A stretch of DNA of 64,000 nt. Origin: Escherichia phage P479. Below the pieces are notes generated by a model that was not told the origin of the DNA, did no database searches, and was given only the letters and a program-made list of their open reading frames with translations. Location of the stretch: the sequence record MW269952.1; one strand, 5' to 3'. The position numbers and the translations under genes are program-made. Below, in pieces: positions 32,941 through 44,331 of this stretch (position 1 is its first letter; each line of letters begins with the position of its first letter).

Positions 32941-34751
32941 TAAGCAATCCTTACCCAGCGATGAGCAATCAAATATGGAGGCATTGTATAAACCGGTTGA
33001 GCTTGAGGGTCTTGCGCCTGATTAATAGTGGCTTTGTCTTCTCTGTATTTGGTATAGGCTGGACCTTGTGCATCTGGGTCTACCTGACAACCGCCAACAA
33101 CAATCGGACCATTATCATCAACAACCAAAACTTTCTCATCGGTTTCAAGTTTAGGTACGTTTATATCTTTAATATGAACTTCAACACTACCACCTGTGCC
33201 ACCCGCTGTCGCTTGTGGGTTACCACCAGAATCCAGGTCATTATTGTTTGTATGGAAGTTTGAGGCAGGGTCATCAGACCAGGCAACGATTACACGTTCT
33301 TTCAAACGTTTCCATGAACCGAATCCCATATAAGTAACCGGGTTATTCGGGTTAACCGTATTTTCGTAAATTGTACCAACCGGATAGAATAATTCAAAGA
33401 TAGCGCCAACAGAAGATGGAACAACTTCCTGAAGACCGACAGGTTCAACGTTTGGTGCAAACGGATTATCAAAATCTGTAATACGTACACGACCAGTTAG
33501 GCTCAATGTATTTCCCTGAGAAACATAAAGAGTGTCAGTCTCATCACGGATTTCATCCATGGTCATAGTTGTGCCGATATCGTTATTGTACCAAATGACC
33601 GACAGAATATCACCGTCTTCAAATTCACGATAAATGCTAATACCTTCGATGCGGTTGTCATCATCAAATTGCAGCAAATAATCCTGGGTCGATTCAGACC
33701 AGCTACCACCATTTGCACTACATTCTGCAGCAGTAGAACCTTGTGCACCTTCGCAATAAAATACTGGAGTTCCTGCAGTCCCGGCTTGGTGTTGTAAAAT
33801 ACTGTTAATGAATACCTGACATGCGTTTGGGTTAATTGGACTACCCGGAGAAATACCAAGTTCTTCAATTGTAAAGGTGTGTTTGGATGTCAAATCTGTA
33901 ACAATCAAAGAACCATTAATTGTTGTTTCTTTGGTCCTGTCCTGACTACGAACAAGTACATCACGACGATTATACGAACTACGCCATTGCGCAATACCAT
34001 CATTAAATGTTCGGATGATAACCGTATCACCTTCGGCACATGGCATTTTCAAACGGATACTTTTGCCGTCAAGCGCAACAATTTCGCCAGGGTTTGCACC
34101 AGGGGAACCAAATTCAGCATTCACCGGGTCGAAAATATCATCTTTACCATAAAACAGGTCGTTACCACGATGTTTGACTTCTAAGTTCGATACGCTATAC
34201 GGAATAGCACCAAACACATTGATAAAGTCAGTTTGTCCTTCGGTAGCAATAAACTGTTGGGATGCAACTGTAGCAACGTCATTATTTGAAATTTTATCGA
34301 CTTGTTTATTATCGATATATTCCCAACGACCTGGTGAACAATATACAAGTTCAAGGTCAGCTAAGTTGCGTTTAATTTCTACTGGATTTGGTGAGCCTTT
34401 AATAGTATCCCCGACTGCAGGAACAATTGTCACCGGGTTGATTTGCCAAGTAGCAAACACGTCACGCAAGCGAATTACATAATTGTATTCTTGAGTTGTT
34501 CCTTTCGGGAGGACGACTCGAACTGCACCGGCTGATGTATCGATGGTATAGCTTCGACCCATAACAGCAGACAACTCGGTGCCTTCTTGTGTAGTCCAAG
34601 TTTTCCACGCACCAGCCGCATGAGGATTTTCACCGTCACCCAGCTGATAATAAAGGTCGTCAAAGTTATTGTTTATTTTTTGACCGCCGAGACGAAGGTA
34701 ATCACCAGTACCATCATCAACCATATTGCCAATTTTTAAATTCTGTTTCAT
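32940..34751 (-). CDS. 10: baseplate wedge subunit and tail pin gp10
   Basis: 603 aa (T4 gp10 602 aa). Confidence 0.85.
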   Translation of the reverse strand: MKQNLKIGNMVDDGTGDYLRLGGQKINNNFDDLYYQLGDGENPHAAGAWKTWTTQEGTELSAVMGRSYTIDTSAGAVRVVLPKGTTQEYNYVIRLRDVFATWQINPVTIVPAVGDTIKGSPNPVEIKRNLADLELVYCSPGRWEYIDNKQVDKISNNDVATVASQQFIATEGQTDFINVFGAIPYSVSNLEVKHRGNDLFYGKDDIFDPVNAEFGSPGANPGEIVALDGKSIRLKMPCAEGDTVIIRTFNDGIAQWRSSYNRRDVLVRSQDRTKETTINGSLIVTDLTSKHTFTIEELGISPGSPINPNACQVFINSILQHQAGTAGTPVFYCEGAQGSTAAECSANGGSWSESTQDYLLQFDDDNRIEGISIYREFEDGDILSVIWYNNDIGTTMTMDEIRDETDTLYVSQGNTLSLTGRVRITDFDNPFAPNVEPVGLQEVVPSSVGAIFELFYPVGTIYENTVNPNNPVTYMGFGSWKRLKERVIVAWSDDPASNFHTNNNDLDSGGNPQATAGGTGGSVEVHIKDINVPKLETDEKVLVVDDNGPIVVGGCQVDPDAQGPAYTKYREDKATINQAQDPQAQPVYTMPPYLIAHRWVRIA

Positions 34752-35620
34752 TATACCGGTACTCCGATTGTTTGGGCGGAAATTACTTTAATAGCGAGCT
34801 TCATGGCAGTGGGTGAGCTTATAGCCGCCTGAATGATATCCTGGTTATCAATTCTAAAATCGATGGCATATATCTCATCTTCTTCATTAGTTTGTCCACG
34901 TCTGATTACAGCGTATTCTGTGCTATATACCTTGCGGTCCTTAAGGTCGATGTAAAGTAATATTTCTGATGCTTTGTATTTAGTTTCGTCTGTTGAAATA
35001 GCTGTCAGCATCAATTTGATAGTTTTATAATCTGCGCGGAAAGCAAGTGGAATATCACGAACAACCGAGCTCATATTGTATGTTTTGTCGAGCAATACAG
35101 ATTGGTTGCCAAACATACTTTCAATTTTGTAGTCCCAGGTCCCTACACCGTTAGCATCGTCAATACACCACAATGTAATTTTTGTATAAGGCTGAGTAAA
35201 TTTCATTTTGTTCGTTGCAGCAGTCAGGAATGAATCCGTGCCTTGTAGTTCAACTTCCAAAGGCAACGAGGTGGATAATGAACCATTGGAGTTAATAAAG
35301 ATAACACCTTCGCCTGCTTTACCTTTTGCAATTCTTGCGGTGATAACACCTTCGGCAGTATTGACATCTCGCATAGAACCGAGAGCAACAGTTGAGTTCC
35401 ATTCGATGATATTTGTGGCTTTTTGATAGTAGCCAGTCGCATGAAGTACCTGGGAGTTTTCTCCATTGTTCACAGAGTACAGACGCTGGTCGCCGAATGT
35501 ATTATACAAACTGTCTAAATCCACGTTCAGTTTACGACCGCCTTCATATAGAATATCACCGGTGCTGGCGTTACCAATCTCGCCGATGTCTACTAATAAT
35601 TTTGGGGTTTGATTAATCAT
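34751..35620 (-). CDS. 9: baseplate wedge / long-fiber socket gp9
   Basis: 289 aa (T4 gp9 288 aa). Confidence 0.85.
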   Translation of the reverse strand: MINQTPKLLVDIGEIGNASTGDILYEGGRKLNVDLDSLYNTFGDQRLYSVNNGENSQVLHATGYYQKATNIIEWNSTVALGSMRDVNTAEGVITARIAKGKAGEGVIFINSNGSLSTSLPLEVELQGTDSFLTAATNKMKFTQPYTKITLWCIDDANGVGTWDYKIESMFGNQSVLLDKTYNMSSVVRDIPLAFRADYKTIKLMLTAISTDETKYKASEILLYIDLKDRKVYSTEYAVIRRGQTNEEDEIYAIDFRIDNQDIIQAAISSPTAMKLAIKVISAQTIGVPV

Positions 35621-35647
35621 AGGTAAGCCTCGTTATTGATATAGCTA

Positions 35648-35682
35648 TATTTATAGAATAAAAAAGGGACCCGAAGGTCCCT
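35648..35682 (-). promoter_or_regulatory. gene 8 terminator hairpin (GGGACC-CGAA-GGTCCC) followed by late promoter TATAAATA for gene 9
   Basis: Hairpin 35666-35682 with flanking A/T runs; plus-strand TATTTATA at 35648-35655, 28 nt upstream of gene 9. Confidence 0.5.
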
Positions 35683-35684
35683 TG

Positions 35685-36689
35685 CTAGAATTCAAAAATA
35701 ATGTTAACTTCTTCTGTCTGGTCCATTGCACGAATAATCGGTGGGCGGTTTTCCATATAAATCATTTCCCCGGAATGACGGTCTAAATCAATTGCATCGT
35801 AGTATTCTTTGATTGCTTTGATATTTGGGTCATTAGGATGTACTTTAACTTCAAGTGGGTTGGATATAATCGACAGCTGGCGGAAGCCTTTGTTCCCCGG
35901 GAGACTGAACTCTGGGAAATAAATGGAATCCATAAATGCTTTAAATCTGATTGTATATCCTTTGATTCTGTATATTAAACCGAAATCATCTTGTTGCCAG
36001 CTGATATTGTCTTTGTAGCCCCAACGTGATGGGTCTTCTTCGATTTCTTCAGGCCATGGAACAACAATATATTCGTTAGTACAACGGTTGATGGATACAT
36101 CAGGTGGAATCTCATACAAATATTCCCAGAGATAACCATCGCCCATATCGACTCGTCCTTCTGTATCACCAGTCCCAGCTGGAGCTCTCGTCGAGTTATA
36201 TTCTGCAGTCCATTTACCACCGAGTTTTAAACACTCTTCTTTATTGATAATAGAATAAATGGAGCAAGTCCCAACATCAGGAACGTCTACACAACGATAA
36301 ACCATCCAACCTTTACCAACATCAGTTCGGTTATACGGAGCACTGTTAGCTACAACAATTTCCCCTACTTGGAAGTTAAGCGGATTAGGATATCTGATAT
36401 CGCCCCAGTCTTTACGTGGGACAACACAATCAAGCATTGACTTATAAACTTTGACTGCACCCATCATATTTGTCCAAGTATCTTCAACACCTTGCGCTGT
36501 GTCAACCGGATAAGGAGGGGCGAACCCCGGGTCATTCTCATTCGAAGCCCAGGGTTCAGCGCGCCCAAATGTTACATACATCGTATTCTGGTCGGGCTCG
36601 TTACCAATCATTTTATAAAAGTTATACATTTTTTCAGTTCGAAATTTCGAGGTAATTATCGAACGATAAACTACAGATGAATTATTCAT
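35685..36689 (-). CDS. 8: baseplate wedge subunit gp8
   Basis: 334 aa (same as T4 gp8). Confidence 0.9.
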   Translation of the reverse strand: MNNSSVVYRSIITSKFRTEKMYNFYKMIGNEPDQNTMYVTFGRAEPWASNENDPGFAPPYPVDTAQGVEDTWTNMMGAVKVYKSMLDCVVPRKDWGDIRYPNPLNFQVGEIVVANSAPYNRTDVGKGWMVYRCVDVPDVGTCSIYSIINKEECLKLGGKWTAEYNSTRAPAGTGDTEGRVDMGDGYLWEYLYEIPPDVSINRCTNEYIVVPWPEEIEEDPSRWGYKDNISWQQDDFGLIYRIKGYTIRFKAFMDSIYFPEFSLPGNKGFRQLSIISNPLEVKVHPNDPNIKAIKEYYDAIDLDRHSGEMIYMENRPPIIRAMDQTEEVNIIFEF

Positions 36690-39600
36690 TTACCTTTACC
36701 TGTGTTGGGTCTTTCGGGTCGCGTGGATTACCAATATCATCCTTAAGACGTTGATTAACCAAATTGCGCCAGTTAGCAAAAGTCACGGCGGACTGGTCAA
36801 ACAATGGACTGTATTTTTTACGACGTTCAGACGGGAGAGTCCCATGAAAATCTGAAAAATCGTTTTCGGCATCATAATCTGCCGGTAATGGGAACGGTAA
36901 ACCTGCGTTAGGAGCAATATTATATACTGCTTCGCCTGTAACAGCATTATGCTCAATGTTTCCATCGGCTCCAATAACTGCGATACGGTCACACCATTCT
37001 GACGGAATACCCGACGACCAACGATAGTTGTTCAGTTTATTGATAATGGTTTCTGTGTGTTTTAATGACAGACCAGCATTAACAAACATTGTCAATAATG
37101 TAATTCCAACGAATCCAAATCCAACCGGATGAACAAATCGCAATACGTCATTACGATAACGAGATGTCGGGAGACTTGATTTAATGGTCATTACATAGTA
37201 AGAACGATTTCGGTTGATATAATCGATGTTATTGCTAAGTAATTCTTTCCCGCGAACGCCCTGAACAATCATGCCTTCAAAGGAAGTCCTTTCGGATTTA
37301 ATTTCTTGCCCAACAATAAAGCGACCAAGCAAGTTATGAATTGTGATACGCCATCTCAATTTACCCTGTTTGTAGTCACGCTCCATATAGGTAACGTTAC
37401 TGCGGCCAGTTGGTGTGTAAATTGTTTGCCCAACAATATCTTCGCTGATATTATCAGATTCGACGATTATGTCATACTCGGTTCCGTTCTTGGATTCAAT
37501 ATCGATTTCAACGTCTTCATTATATAACAATTTGAATAAAAACTTATAGGATGCTTCAGTCCCCTTGGTTGCCCAAAAATCAGACTGTCTTGCTTCAAAG
37601 AAACGAACTACTTCGTCCCGCTTGGTCTTTGACAAATATATATTTCTTTTGTACATTTCACTCCAAAGGTATTCCCATGCATCTTCCTCGCGTGGGTACT
37701 GGTTGCGAATCAAGTTCAAAAGGTTGTTATAATATGTGCCAGAACCATCACTGATAAACTGTAAATAATATTCACAGAATTTTTCGAAGTTGCTATCCTG
37801 GAGCAAATAACTATCCGGAACCATCTTTGTTAAAAGAGGACGCAAGTCCGGGTCTTTCTCTTGTTCATCATTATCCGGGGTCCATGGAATATCATGTTCC
37901 TGGTTCTGTAATTCTGCAGTGAACATAACTTCTTTCGGTTTCCAGATTAATCTAACTTCATCACGCATACGATAGTCGAATTCAAAATAACCAATAAGCT
38001 CACCAGTATTTTTATGTAACATAATACCCGAGGCATATTTTTTAAAGCCATTGAATTCGATGTTAGGAGAAGTAACTTTCACTTGACCTTTATTCCAGTA
38101 TTCGTGCACAATACGTTCAGGGGATGAACCACCAAAGGTATCGATAATCTTTTGATACAGCATGTCATTATATACAACCAGAGCTTTGTCTGATGTAGTA
38201 ATCCAGCAACGAGTATCATCACGGCGAGACCAGTTAAAGAACGGTTCTGCGTAATATGACATACGTCCAGGTTTAAACTCTTCCCAACCTGAATCTTTAT
38301 TTGACCTAAAACTCATCATCAAATAATGCTTGTCATGTATCCATTGTTCATCATACACATATTTGACTGCTTCGTTAACTTCTTCAGGATACTTAGCGGG
38401 GAGTTCGGTATCTGGCTCAACGGAATAACGGAAGTTACTTGAACTGATAAAAAGTTCAATTCCATCAGTTGACATGCTTGTGTAACCATGTTCAATACGG
38501 CGACGTTCATCCTCTGTATTACCAAAAACTCGTGTCCATGTATCGGTATCGGTATTTAATTTATAAACGCCCTTTGATAATGAATCGACAACATTTTCAG
38601 GCTTAGTCGGGTCTTGACGTTCTTCCTTTACTTCACCCGTGATTAATGCAAACACTTCACCGTCAATTGAATCCATCTTGTAACAAACAGCTTTTGGGTT
38701 GCCGCTTATTGTGCTATATCCAGCTTCAAATAATTTTTCACCGAATGTTGGGGAGTTAGGGTCGTTATCAATTGGAGCATCAGAAGATTTAGCTTTGTAT
38801 ACACGGTCGCGGCCAGCAACGTAAATCATGGAATCGGTCGTAGTAATTGCTTCGGCAATTGTTGAGATATATGCCGGAAGTCTTGCGTATGTGCCAAATA
38901 TTTCAATATCAAATCCGAGATTAATATCCGAACCAATTTTTGCAAATGTTATATCTTGAGAACTGAATCGAACATCATCAGCAGACCATCTTATGTCACT
39001 TGATTTACGACCGTAAAAAATTCGGTCATACCCGAGTACGTAAGTTGTCGTATTTGATTGATAATAAATCGTGCGCGATACCGGGTTACCGATACGGTCA
39101 TTAAACAATTTTACATAATACCAGTTCTGCCCTTTATCATTGGAGACTTTGACAGTTGTCTGGAATCGTTCAAACAAATACAGTACACCACCGAGTTCAG
39201 CAATCATCGTACGATTAACATCGTTACACACTGGCTGAATACTACCCTGAATTTCATGGTATTGGTCTTCTTTTAATACATAGTTTGAAATTGAAGACAA
39301 ATGAGAATAAGCAGGAGTAAAGCTAAAATCTTCAGACATCAACGATGCCATAATTGCATCATTATTAAAGTTGATATAAGCCTGATTATTGTTTGTGAAT
39401 TTTTCTTCGATGAATTTATTTGTTAATGTAAACTCACGCATGTGTTCAAATGTGTATGCGTTAGTTGCAAAGGTTTCAAATTCTTCGGTATAAACCCAAT
39501 CAGATTGTTCAAAACCCATTGCTGCAACAGCAACACGCATTTTGTAAAATGATACTGGACGAATAAAATCTTGTTCGAACCATTCATTGTCTGGAGTATA

Positions 39601-39780
39601 ACCTAAATTCCTCCATAACAGATTTTCTTCTGGAATAGCAACACCATTTTCTTTTGTCGGAGCAATCTCAACAAAATAATAAAAGTTGGCGCCAACATTA
39701 TCCCATTTTATGCTAACCTGGTTAGCAGATAGTTTATCAATCCGTAAGCTGGTTACATAAGGGGCTTTAACACTCATCAT
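36682..39780 (-). CDS. 7: baseplate wedge initiator gp7
   Basis: About 1032 aa from internal ATG 39780 (AAGGA Shine-Dalgarno), matching T4 gp7 length; ORF track start 39873 would overlap gene 6. Confidence 0.85.
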   Translation of the reverse strand: MMSVKAPYVTSLRIDKLSANQVSIKWDNVGANFYYFVEIAPTKENGVAIPEENLLWRNLGYTPDNEWFEQDFIRPVSFYKMRVAVAAMGFEQSDWVYTEEFETFATNAYTFEHMREFTLTNKFIEEKFTNNNQAYINFNNDAIMASLMSEDFSFTPAYSHLSSISNYVLKEDQYHEIQGSIQPVCNDVNRTMIAELGGVLYLFERFQTTVKVSNDKGQNWYYVKLFNDRIGNPVSRTIYYQSNTTTYVLGYDRIFYGRKSSDIRWSADDVRFSSQDITFAKIGSDINLGFDIEIFGTYARLPAYISTIAEAITTTDSMIYVAGRDRVYKAKSSDAPIDNDPNSPTFGEKLFEAGYSTISGNPKAVCYKMDSIDGEVFALITGEVKEERQDPTKPENVVDSLSKGVYKLNTDTDTWTRVFGNTEDERRRIEHGYTSMSTDGIELFISSSNFRYSVEPDTELPAKYPEEVNEAVKYVYDEQWIHDKHYLMMSFRSNKDSGWEEFKPGRMSYYAEPFFNWSRRDDTRCWITTSDKALVVYNDMLYQKIIDTFGGSSPERIVHEYWNKGQVKVTSPNIEFNGFKKYASGIMLHKNTGELIGYFEFDYRMRDEVRLIWKPKEVMFTAELQNQEHDIPWTPDNDEQEKDPDLRPLLTKMVPDSYLLQDSNFEKFCEYYLQFISDGSGTYYNNLLNLIRNQYPREEDAWEYLWSEMYKRNIYLSKTKRDEVVRFFEARQSDFWATKGTEASYKFLFKLLYNEDVEIDIESKNGTEYDIIVESDNISEDIVGQTIYTPTGRSNVTYMERDYKQGKLRWRITIHNLLGRFIVGQEIKSERTSFEGMIVQGVRGKELLSNNIDYINRNRSYYVMTIKSSLPTSRYRNDVLRFVHPVGFGFVGITLLTMFVNAGLSLKHTETIINKLNNYRWSSGIPSEWCDRIAVIGADGNIEHNAVTGEAVYNIAPNAGLPFPLPADYDAENDFSDFHGTLPSERRKKYSPLFDQSAVTFANWRNLVNQRLKDDIGNPRDPKDPTQVKVNE

Positions 39781-39808
39781 GGTTTCCTTAAAAAGCCTCC
39801 GAAGAGGC

Positions 39809-41755
39809 TTATAGTGTAATTGGTTCAAGGTCAATCTTTGTATATTGCGGACGAAGGTCATTCTCAAATACAATCAGTGAACCATCTTGCGTGTATATAT
39901 TATCTTGGTTAGGACTTGCATAAAGTTCGATTGATTGAACTTCAAAGCGGTCGGAGGTCAATCCAATCGCAGCGATATCCCAAAAAATATAATCAGAGTA
40001 ATAGTCAATTTCGCCAATTGCGTAATAAACTGTTTGGTCAGCCGGAGCTTCCATTTTATTAAAGTCATCTTGCAGGTAAGGCTGGATGTTTACATTTTCA
40101 ATAACATCGCCTGGACGGAATGGACCAATTACCATTTTACCATCACCACGAGAATCTTTATCAGTTGCAACAATGCGAACGTTATAGGCTTCACCCGTGG
40201 TCGGAACAAATTCAAATTCACTTGATTCGACTGAACGGTTGCCATACTGGTTATAGTATTTAATGCCGGATTCTGGAGTCTTAAAGAAGTTCAGGACTTC
40301 ACGCACCATCGAAATGGTTGCAGATGAACCAAGAATACTATGGTCAGTATTATCCACATACGTAAGCATTTTTGACTTAGCAAAACTTCTGTTAAAGATT
40401 TCAACTTCATCGATATAATAACGGTCAATCTGATTAATGATTTGTGCTTGCAGCCATTGTTCAGATTCTTGTAATTTGTTCAGCGCATAAGATACTTTGA
40501 TATTATGTTTAAGGAACAAATAATCCGGAGAAATTACCGAGGGTGTAATTGTTGATACGTTGAACTCACTAAGATAGTTCTGGATGTCCTCACGCTGCAC
40601 TGCAGTGAGATACAAACCCGATTTAGGCTTAACTGATATAAACGCATACCCAGGCTTATTTGCGTCTGTAAACGTCTGTACGGCTTGCACGATTGAGCCA
40701 AATCTTTCGGATACAAAGGTATCATAATCTGTTCCGGTGACAGCACGCATCTGCGCTTCACGTTTAACAACAGCCAGTTCACGGATACGTTCGATATCTT
40801 CTGGGTCACCACCGCCATCGGCACCGACATAATCAGGGTCGTCATTGTAGTTTTCAGTAATTTTATCCACTGTGATATAAGACAAAGTATCGGCATAACT
40901 GAAATCAACAGCACCGTTTGCATCGGCCCCTGAGGTACGAAGATATTCAATAACAATTGTCGAATCTTGCACAGGTTTGAGACCGCCAATATAGTTGGCT
41001 TCCATAACGCCGCCGGCTACGGATTTGGTGGATTCACCTTCACCAAAGAAAAATTCAGTATAGCCATCGATTGTTTCACGCATATAAAATATGGTGGAGG
41101 TCGAACCAGCATGGACCATTGATTTGTTCGTCCAGTCAACCCACTCAACACCGTTCACATATAACTTAACTTCTTTGCGGTCGATATCCGGGTCGCGAAT
41201 AAGAATAGGTTGTTTCGGGTCATATAAAAGTTCTGTACGAATAATACGGCCCTGGGCTAGAGATACAATCGGAAGGTATTGGTTGTTAATATCTTTAACC
41301 GCAATAACGTTTTCCGTGGTAACAAAAACATAAGGGTCAGCTGATGTATCACGAGCATATGCCAGGAATTTAGTTCCTCGTGGGATTTCAATATTCGATG
41401 GTTGCAGAGCATGAGAACATGTCAACATAACCGAAGTCTTTGCGGCCGAACGTGAAGATGGAAGATATCCATTATCCTGTGCTGCCTGAACAACCGAAGA
41501 CCTTAAGTTTGCAGTTCCGATAAATGATTCATAAACTGCCGTGTTAGCAAACTGCTGCATATACAATGTATTATATGCAAGCATGTCAATCAGGATATTC
41601 ATTCGCGAACCTACGAAATCATAATCCTTAAATTCATCCTGGCTTGATAACCAGTCGATGATATTCTTTTTAATTTCTTCAAACGTAGCTCCCACAAATA
41701 CTTTTGGGATAGCGTTAACGGTTCTTGTTAATTGGTAATTCGTAGGAGTAGCCAT
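39809..41755 (-). CDS. 6: baseplate wedge subunit gp6
   Basis: 648 aa (T4 gp6 660 aa). Confidence 0.9.
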   Translation of the reverse strand: MATPTNYQLTRTVNAIPKVFVGATFEEIKKNIIDWLSSQDEFKDYDFVGSRMNILIDMLAYNTLYMQQFANTAVYESFIGTANLRSSVVQAAQDNGYLPSSRSAAKTSVMLTCSHALQPSNIEIPRGTKFLAYARDTSADPYVFVTTENVIAVKDINNQYLPIVSLAQGRIIRTELLYDPKQPILIRDPDIDRKEVKLYVNGVEWVDWTNKSMVHAGSTSTIFYMRETIDGYTEFFFGEGESTKSVAGGVMEANYIGGLKPVQDSTIVIEYLRTSGADANGAVDFSYADTLSYITVDKITENYNDDPDYVGADGGGDPEDIERIRELAVVKREAQMRAVTGTDYDTFVSERFGSIVQAVQTFTDANKPGYAFISVKPKSGLYLTAVQREDIQNYLSEFNVSTITPSVISPDYLFLKHNIKVSYALNKLQESEQWLQAQIINQIDRYYIDEVEIFNRSFAKSKMLTYVDNTDHSILGSSATISMVREVLNFFKTPESGIKYYNQYGNRSVESSEFEFVPTTGEAYNVRIVATDKDSRGDGKMVIGPFRPGDVIENVNIQPYLQDDFNKMEAPADQTVYYAIGEIDYYSDYIFWDIAAIGLTSDRFEVQSIELYASPNQDNIYTQDGSLIVFENDLRPQYTKIDLEPITL

Positions 41756-41763
41756 TTTATTTC

Positions 41764-42057
41764 CTATTTTATAAAGACTTTTGATGAGGCTTGAGCCACA
41801 GTATCACCACATGAAATTGGGTCTGCCATTTGAACAGCTTTCTTACCGGTAACAAATACTTTTGATGTGCGCGGTTGTGTTACTCCGCCGTGAGTTTCAT
41901 ATGGTTTTTTAATTTCGGTATGCTCGGTAATAGGGTCTCCGGCAACTAACACCGGAATTCCCCCGGTGAATACTTTACCTTGAGTTGCATTAATTACAGT
42001 CGGTGGCCATGCTTCGTGGCCTGCTGTAACACATTGATTGAAACTTAATCCAGCCAT
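41764..42057 (-). CDS. 5.4: PAAR-repeat spike tip protein gp5.4
   Basis: 97 aa (same as T4 gp5.4); Gly/Val-rich beta repeats; directly before gene 6. Confidence 0.8.
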   Translation of the reverse strand: MAGLSFNQCVTAGHEAWPPTVINATQGKVFTGGIPVLVAGDPITEHTEIKKPYETHGGVTQPRTSKVFVTGKKAVQMADPISCGDTVAQASSKVFIK

Positions 42058-42638
42058 TAATCCCTCGCGTATACGTATGAACGCAGTTTATCTGCCCATC
42101 TTGACCAGTTGCCAACGATAGTTTTTGTGTAAACTTTTGTCATTGTTTTTCTTACTGGAGCAGGAGGTGGGTCGGTCTCATTACCTGCACGGCTATTACT
42201 GCCGCCAGAGCTCCCTGTGTCTCCACCAGAGCTCTCTTCTTGAAAGTCATAGGTCAGGGTTACCGTGTATGAAAAGACCTTCTGGAGGCTCGCTGGGGCC
42301 CTCCAGAGATACAATTGAGTACTCTTATCGGTAGGAAGGTCTTCCCATGAACCGGCAGTTTTGAATTCATCATTAAGCCGATATTTAAGTGCATCATCTG
42401 CGAATCCGAACACGGATTCGTAAACACCATAAAGATGATTCTCCTCAACATTAACGCCAGGGGTGGCCTCATATTCAGTTATATTTATTTCGACTAATGT
42501 TTCGTTTGTTTCTAATTGAGCTGTAAACGTAACATCGATTGAGGCTCCTTCCATGGAGTCTCCTAAGTCAGTGCTCATTGGAAGTATATTAGCCAATGTC
42601 AATCCTCGAACCATCAATAGTATATTGACCAGATGCAA
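42057..42638 (-). CDS. 5.1: gp5.1-like conserved protein
   Basis: 193-aa ORF in the T4 5.1 slot; true start uncertain (may be an internal ATG after the gene 5 stop). Confidence 0.55.
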   Translation of the reverse strand: MHLVNILLMVRGLTLANILPMSTDLGDSMEGASIDVTFTAQLETNETLVEINITEYEATPGVNVEENHLYGVYESVFGFADDALKYRLNDEFKTAGSWEDLPTDKSTQLYLWRAPASLQKVFSYTVTLTYDFQEESSGGDTGSSGGSNSRAGNETDPPPAPVRKTMTKVYTKTIVGNWSRWADKLRSYVYARD

Positions 42639-44331
42639 TAGAACTCATTGTTGACATTGTTTCGGACCAATTGCCAGCCACGGTCATATCAACGTTTCCA
42701 TTAACGGACCATTTGACATTACCATTTACCGTATAATCATGGTTACCTTCGACAAGAGTTTTTGCGTCACCTTTAACAGTTATTTCAGCATTACCTTCGA
42801 CCAGAATACTTACATTACCTTTGACAATAATTGTACCGTCACCTTCAATGGTTTTGGTTTCATTCCCACGAATATGAATGCTTTCGTTTCCATCGGTCTG
42901 ACGACGAACGTTAGCCATATTGTAATAGGTTTCATCACCACCAACGTTGACTTTATTATTACCACCAACATAAGTACTCGAATCACCCTGGGTCATATAA
43001 TAACCATCAGCTACAGTCTTCGAAGTCTTACGACCATCCGGTGCAACTTCCTCGTAGGAACCGGTCGGGTGAATCAGTCGATAACGTTCTTGTCCAGGGG
43101 TGTTATCGAATTCCTGAACATGTCCGCCTTCAGTTTGCATTGTCTGCACATAAGGATATTCGCCCTTGTAACTGGATTCTGGCTCTTTAAATAGAATCCT
43201 CGTATCTTCTGGAGTCCACGGGTCGGCTGGGTCAGAATTTGTAGGGGCTGCAAAGGTTTGAATCATCCTATATGAACGTCCTTTAAATGACATTTCTTTA
43301 GGGGCCATAATACCATATGATTCCATGTTACCTGTGAGGATAATCATTGATACCCTTGATGCACGGCCTTTAGTTTGGTTAAACCATACAGAATCACGAG
43401 CGGCATCAAATGCTTTCTTATAATCTCCGGCTAACATTGCAGCGAGCATCGTTTTAAATTTAGCAAGCCCACTCAATCCCATTTGGAAAGCCATGTTTTC
43501 AAGAGCCATTTGTCTCGAACGGTTTTCTTTATTGTAAACTGGACCCACAACACTATGCCGGCCTATATCGTTTTGTACTTTTTTAAGGTCTTCTTGGAAT
43601 AATTTAGAGGCCTCGTCCATTGATATTGCACCAGGGTTACCTTTAACTTCACGACCTATTTGATTAGATAATATTTTGTTTATCTGATTCATATCTCTAA
43701 TAGGTTGTGGTGCAATTAAGTGTCCTATACCTATAGTAGGATAACCTTCGGTGTCCCAATATACTTTCAAACGAAGACCTTCATCACGGTGAAGCATATT
43801 TTCAATTGTGAAATTAGGATTATCATCTGGCTTAACTTGACTCAAATCAAGGCCATCGGGGTTAATACCAAGGTCAAGGTTTGCATCCTGAATTACGTTC
43901 GAAGTTGCATCATAACCGACCTCACCGCCTCGGTTGAGCGCAGCAGCATCATTACCTACATAAAGTGGATATTGTCCTGTTGGGTCAGAGAATCCTTCGT
44001 TGGGATTTGCTTTTTGTCTTGAGGCTGAACCATATGTACCAATAACAAGCCCGTTGAGTTTCCACTTGTCTAAAAAGTGACCATATACTTGAGTCCCTGG
44101 CACCATACCGGTCATTGCAGTTTGAATACCAGAAACTGATGCAGATGATGTTGGCATCAATACAGACATCCATGGCAGGTCTTCAGTTCTGATACCTTTT
44201 ACAGGCCCTTGCGATTTCTCATATGGATGCATACCCCATACACGAACACGAACACGACCTTGTTGAAGTGGGTCCATTCGGTCTTCGACAACACCGACGA
44301 ACCAACTTACATTATCTGACATATTAATCAT
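42589..44331 (-). CDS. 5: baseplate central spike / cell-puncturing protein gp5 with lysozyme domain
   Basis: 580 aa (T4 gp5 575 aa); internal T4-lysozyme-like segment LRLKVYWDTEGYPTIGIGHLI; C-terminal beta-helix repeats. Confidence 0.92.
   Translation of the reverse strand: MINMSDNVSWFVGVVEDRMDPLQQGRVRVRVWGMHPYEKSQGPVKGIRTEDLPWMSVLMPTSSASVSGIQTAMTGMVPGTQVYGHFLDKWKLNGLVIGTYGSASRQKANPNEGFSDPTGQYPLYVGNDAAALNRGGEVGYDATSNVIQDANLDLGINPDGLDLSQVKPDDNPNFTIENMLHRDEGLRLKVYWDTEGYPTIGIGHLIAPQPIRDMNQINKILSNQIGREVKGNPGAISMDEASKLFQEDLKKVQNDIGRHSVVGPVYNKENRSRQMALENMAFQMGLSGLAKFKTMLAAMLAGDYKKAFDAARDSVWFNQTKGRASRVSMIILTGNMESYGIMAPKEMSFKGRSYRMIQTFAAPTNSDPADPWTPEDTRILFKEPESSYKGEYPYVQTMQTEGGHVQEFDNTPGQERYRLIHPTGSYEEVAPDGRKTSKTVADGYYMTQGDSSTYVGGNNKVNVGGDETYYNMANVRRQTDGNESIHIRGNETKTIEGDGTIIVKGNVSILVEGNAEITVKGDAKTLVEGNHDYTVNGNVKWSVNGNVDMTVAGNWSETMSTMSSIASGQYTIDGSRIDIG

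Noticed and set aside
42589-42640. Apparent single-nucleotide disagreement between my manual translation and the ORF track at the gene 5 / gene 5.1 overlap
   Set aside because: Most likely my own reading error of one base in a dense region; the ORF track frames are consistent with the flanking anchors (start 44331, stop 42589), so track coordinates were used.
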